DNA of 28,368 nt, from IMG/VR virus record IMGVR_UViG_3300012942_000111, positions 1 through 28,368 of that record; one strand, 5' to 3'. Positions 25,774-28,368 of the stretch are shown here, one piece after another. The notes beneath the pieces are model-generated. The model was not told where the DNA came from, did not search any database, and saw nothing but the letters and a program-made list of their open reading frames with translations. Every line of letters starts with the position of its first letter. Positions within the stretch are counted from its first letter, which is position 1. The stretch is from a virus (taxonomy: Duplodnaviria > Caudoviricetes). The position numbers were made by a program, and so were the translations under genes.

Positions 25774-26382
25774 ATGAATGTTTTTGAAATACCAAGTATA
25801 ATCAAGGGTTTTACCCTTCCTAAGCCGGAACCGGTTGGCATTAATGCCCCTTCGGTTGGTTTTGATGCTGATGTTCCAGAACAGACATTACCAGATAAAA
25901 CCGAGTACACCATTTTCGGGACTCCAATGATTGCCCCCTTGAAATTCAAAAGGAGCAGCGATACGGTGAATGATTGGTGGTTGTTCCCAACGGAACCGCT
26001 TATTACGATTGACGGGGAAAATGTACTGGTTCGCCGTAATGTCGCTAAAATGCCTTTACAGCTGAATAGGCGACGGGGAACAATTAAGGAACGCTGGATG
26101 CAGGGGGATTATGCAATTACTATTGAAGGTGTTTTCATAAACAGTAATGATGGTTTATCATTTCCTACTGAGGATAAAAAAAGGTTACTAGAGTTTTGCG
26201 AGTCAAGAGATGCAATCGACGTTCAATGCCCTCTATTTGAGGATTTGCACATTGGCCGGATTGTGATCGATAAATGGAATTTACCATTTACTAAAGGAAT
26301 TGAAAACCAGAGTTTTAGAATTACAGCCTTTTCCGACGATGATTGGGATTTGCTGATTAAAATAAAAAATAATGCTCTTTGA
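25774..26382 (+). CDS. tail/baseplate protein (DUF6046-like, tube-initiator position)
   Basis: GTIKERWMQGDYAITIEG motif; follows the tape measure gene. Confidence 0.65.
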   Translation: MNVFEIPSIIKGFTLPKPEPVGINAPSVGFDADVPEQTLPDKTEYTIFGTPMIAPLKFKRSSDTVNDWWLFPTEPLITIDGENVLVRRNVAKMPLQLNRRRGTIKERWMQGDYAITIEGVFINSNDGLSFPTEDKKRLLEFCESRDAIDVQCPLFEDLHIGRIVIDKWNLPFTKGIENQSFRITAFSDDDWDLLIKIKNNAL

Positions 26383-27340
26383 TATCGACTATAAAATAAC
26401 GATCGGAGGTTACCAGCTGATGTTATTGGATAGTATCGAAATTCATAAATCGGTAGACCTTTTAGCAGATAACTGCATGATCAAGCTACCAGCAACTGCC
26501 CTGAACTCGGTTTTGAAAATAGAGGACAAAATCAAAAGGGGCGATAAGATTACGGTTTGGGTCGGTTATTCCGGCAATCTGGTAAAAGAGTTCTTTGGAT
26601 ATCTACAAAATATCTCCACGGATGGTGGCAACATCAGCCTTAATTGTGAAGATTCAATGTTTTTGCTTCGTAAGCCGGTTGCTGATAAACAATTTGTAAA
26701 AGTCGATATCAAGACGATTGCAAATTATCTTATCCAGCAAACCGGGGTTAATATGAAGGTGGAAAGCACGCTTCCGATTACATACGACAAGTTTGTAATT
26801 AGCAAAGCGACTGCGTATGATGTTTTAAAGAAAATGCAGGATGAGACAAAGGCCAACATTTTCATAACTGAAGGCGATCGGCCAACCTTGCAAATTCATC
26901 CTCCATATCTGGACAAAGGTGGTAATGTAAGGTATAGTTTTCAGGTTAATATCGAATCGGACGACCTAAAGTATGTGCGAGCAGAGGACAAGAAGATTCA
27001 GATCATTGTCAAAAGCACCGGAAAGGATGGAAAAGTTAAAGAGGTCAGGTATGGAACGACTGGCGGCGACCAATCGACTATTGAAGGAAATGGAATGGAT
27101 TTGCTTTCTATGCAAAAAGTGGCGCAAAATGAATATGATCGGCTCTTGTATGATGGATATGAGGGCTCAATTACTGGGTGGTTGATTCCGTTTGTAGAAC
27201 CTACCTGGTCGGCTGAAATTGTGGATGAGGAATACCCCGAAAAAAACGGCTGGTATTATGTTGTAAGTGTAACAACTACTGTCAGCGCTGACGGTGGAAA
27301 ACGAAAGGTTCAAATAGGTAGAAAATTATCTAATGGATAA
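26372..27340 (+). CDS. baseplate hub (Mu gp44 / P2 gpD-like)
   Basis: 322 aa; IKRGDKITVWVGY, CEDSMFLL, GYEGSITGWLIP. Confidence 0.8.
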   Translation: MLFDIDYKITIGGYQLMLLDSIEIHKSVDLLADNCMIKLPATALNSVLKIEDKIKRGDKITVWVGYSGNLVKEFFGYLQNISTDGGNISLNCEDSMFLLRKPVADKQFVKVDIKTIANYLIQQTGVNMKVESTLPITYDKFVISKATAYDVLKKMQDETKANIFITEGDRPTLQIHPPYLDKGGNVRYSFQVNIESDDLKYVRAEDKKIQIIVKSTGKDGKVKEVRYGTTGGDQSTIEGNGMDLLSMQKVAQNEYDRLLYDGYEGSITGWLIPFVEPTWSAEIVDEEYPEKNGWYYVVSVTTTVSADGGKRKVQIGRKLSNG

Positions 27341-27842
27341 CTATAAAAAACTGGTAGACGTACTAAAGCAGGCGATTGGAGGTAATAATAATATCCCTTT
27401 GATCAATGCCGAGGTTAAAGAAATTACCGGTGAAAGTTGTACGGTCCTTTTCGGGGTGGATAATATGGAGCTTACAGAAGTGAGGCTGAAAAGCACTATC
27501 AACGAAAGCGGCAATTACCTGCTATTGGTTCCTAAAATAGGGACAATGGTAACATGCGGCTCGTTTACAGGCGATTTTAAAGACCTGTGTGTGTTGTCTG
27601 TGGATGAAGTGGAAACGGTAAAATATGTGCAAGACGGCCTAGAACTGGAGATTAACAGTACTGACGGGAAGGTTTCGGTTAAAAATGGGGAAATCGGGCT
27701 ATTGGATTTATTCAACAGTCTTGTGACTATCCTGAAATCCTTAAAGGTTTTTACGCCAGTGGGGCCATCAGGGACAATTCTGCCTGATATTCTAATTCAG
27801 GTAGACCAATTTGAAACGGATTTTAAAAAGCTTTTAAAATGA
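27333..27842 (+). CDS. baseplate spike-like protein (gp45 / gpV position)
   Basis: OB-fold-like N-terminus (VRLKS...LLVPKIGTMV) after the hub gene. Confidence 0.65.
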   Translation: MDNYKKLVDVLKQAIGGNNNIPLINAEVKEITGESCTVLFGVDNMELTEVRLKSTINESGNYLLLVPKIGTMVTCGSFTGDFKDLCVLSVDEVETVKYVQDGLELEINSTDGKVSVKNGEIGLLDLFNSLVTILKSLKVFTPVGPSGTILPDILIQVDQFETDFKKLLK

Positions 27843-28051
27843 GTTTAGATAAAGGTGCTTTAAAAGCGGATATAGTGCAGTTATTAACCGATATGATGAC
27901 GAGGGAGAACACTTCCATTGAGGAATTTGCCGACCGTCTTTCAACGGCAGTTGACGAATATACGAAAGAGGCAAAAATTGTCTATACCTCCGGGCTTACC
28001 TCTGCCACCGGTGGAGTAGTAACAGGAACTTTTAACGGAAATCTTGAATAA
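27839..28051 (+). CDS. small baseplate-region hypothetical protein
   Basis: ATGA- and TAATG-coupled to both neighbours. Confidence 0.7.
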   Translation: MSLDKGALKADIVQLLTDMMTRENTSIEEFADRLSTAVDEYTKEAKIVYTSGLTSATGGVVTGTFNGNLE

Positions 28052-28365
28052 TGAGAGGAACAGCTATTGCCCTGGCCAATGACTTTGATTTAAAGATCAA
28101 TACACAGCGGGGCGCAGACGGGAAAGTTGTCAAAGGTCTAATACTGGAAGAAACTCTTCCACAGAATCAAGCAATAATTCTCAAAATGCAACCCGGAGAA
28201 TTAAAAGAGGTTCCATATTTAGGATGCGGCATTGATGATATAAGTCTCGACAATGACCTATTGGAATGGCGGCGTAAAATCAGGATGCAGTTGGAGTTGG
28301 ATGGGCAGACGGTCGAGAATGTAAAGTTTACGAATAGCAAATTATTGATAGATGCCAGTTATTAA
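28051..28365 (+). CDS. gp25/gp46-like baseplate wedge protein
   Basis: PGELKEVPYLGCGI motif; size and position. Confidence 0.7.
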   Translation: MRGTAIALANDFDLKINTQRGADGKVVKGLILEETLPQNQAIILKMQPGELKEVPYLGCGIDDISLDNDLLEWRRKIRMQLELDGQTVENVKFTNSKLLIDASY

Positions 28366-28368
28366 GAC

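Larger units (their letters stand above)
55..28368. mobile_element. Mu-like transposable prophage (myovirus), right part outside the window
   Basis: Repressor-Cro-DDE transposase-MuB-Gam early module plus Mu-type portal, gp36, MuF and contractile tail genes. The left boundary is approximate, inferred from the repeats at 65-204. Confidence 0.93.

Noticed and set aside
21673-28365. Additional VR copy in tail genes
   Set aside because: None found by eye. Tail fibre genes lie beyond the window, so a remote third target cannot be excluded.

Overview
About 28 kb of a Mu-like (transposable) myovirus prophage, probably from a Bacteroidota host (TAnnTTTG promoters, A-rich translation starts without Shine-Dalgarno motifs). 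The window starts with a repeat-rich probable left end and an HTH+S24 repressor facing a Cro/Ner-like gene. The early operon carries a DDE transposase, MuB-like and second ATPases, a DnaA domain-IV protein, Gam and a GemA-like gene. An inverted head/packaging operon, a divergent protease/capsid operon, a GH24 endolysin and a contractile tail module follow; the window ends in the baseplate genes. Two findings stand out. (1) A diversity-generating retroelement (DGR) sits in the early operon: one 78-nt template repeat, two variable repeats differing from it only at adenines, and a YADD reverse transcriptase. It has no recognisable Avd, and its targets are two small paralogous, apparently non-tail proteins with internal variable regions. 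(2) A complete -1 ribosomal frameshift signal (U_UUU_UUC, 6-nt spacer, GC-rich hairpin) at the end of the portal gene would fuse portal to the MuF minor head protein. Also seen: a tail-chaperone frameshift, a symmetric divergent late promoter, and two morons with an identical promoter 12-mer. All protein calls come from motif recognition and synteny, not database searches.
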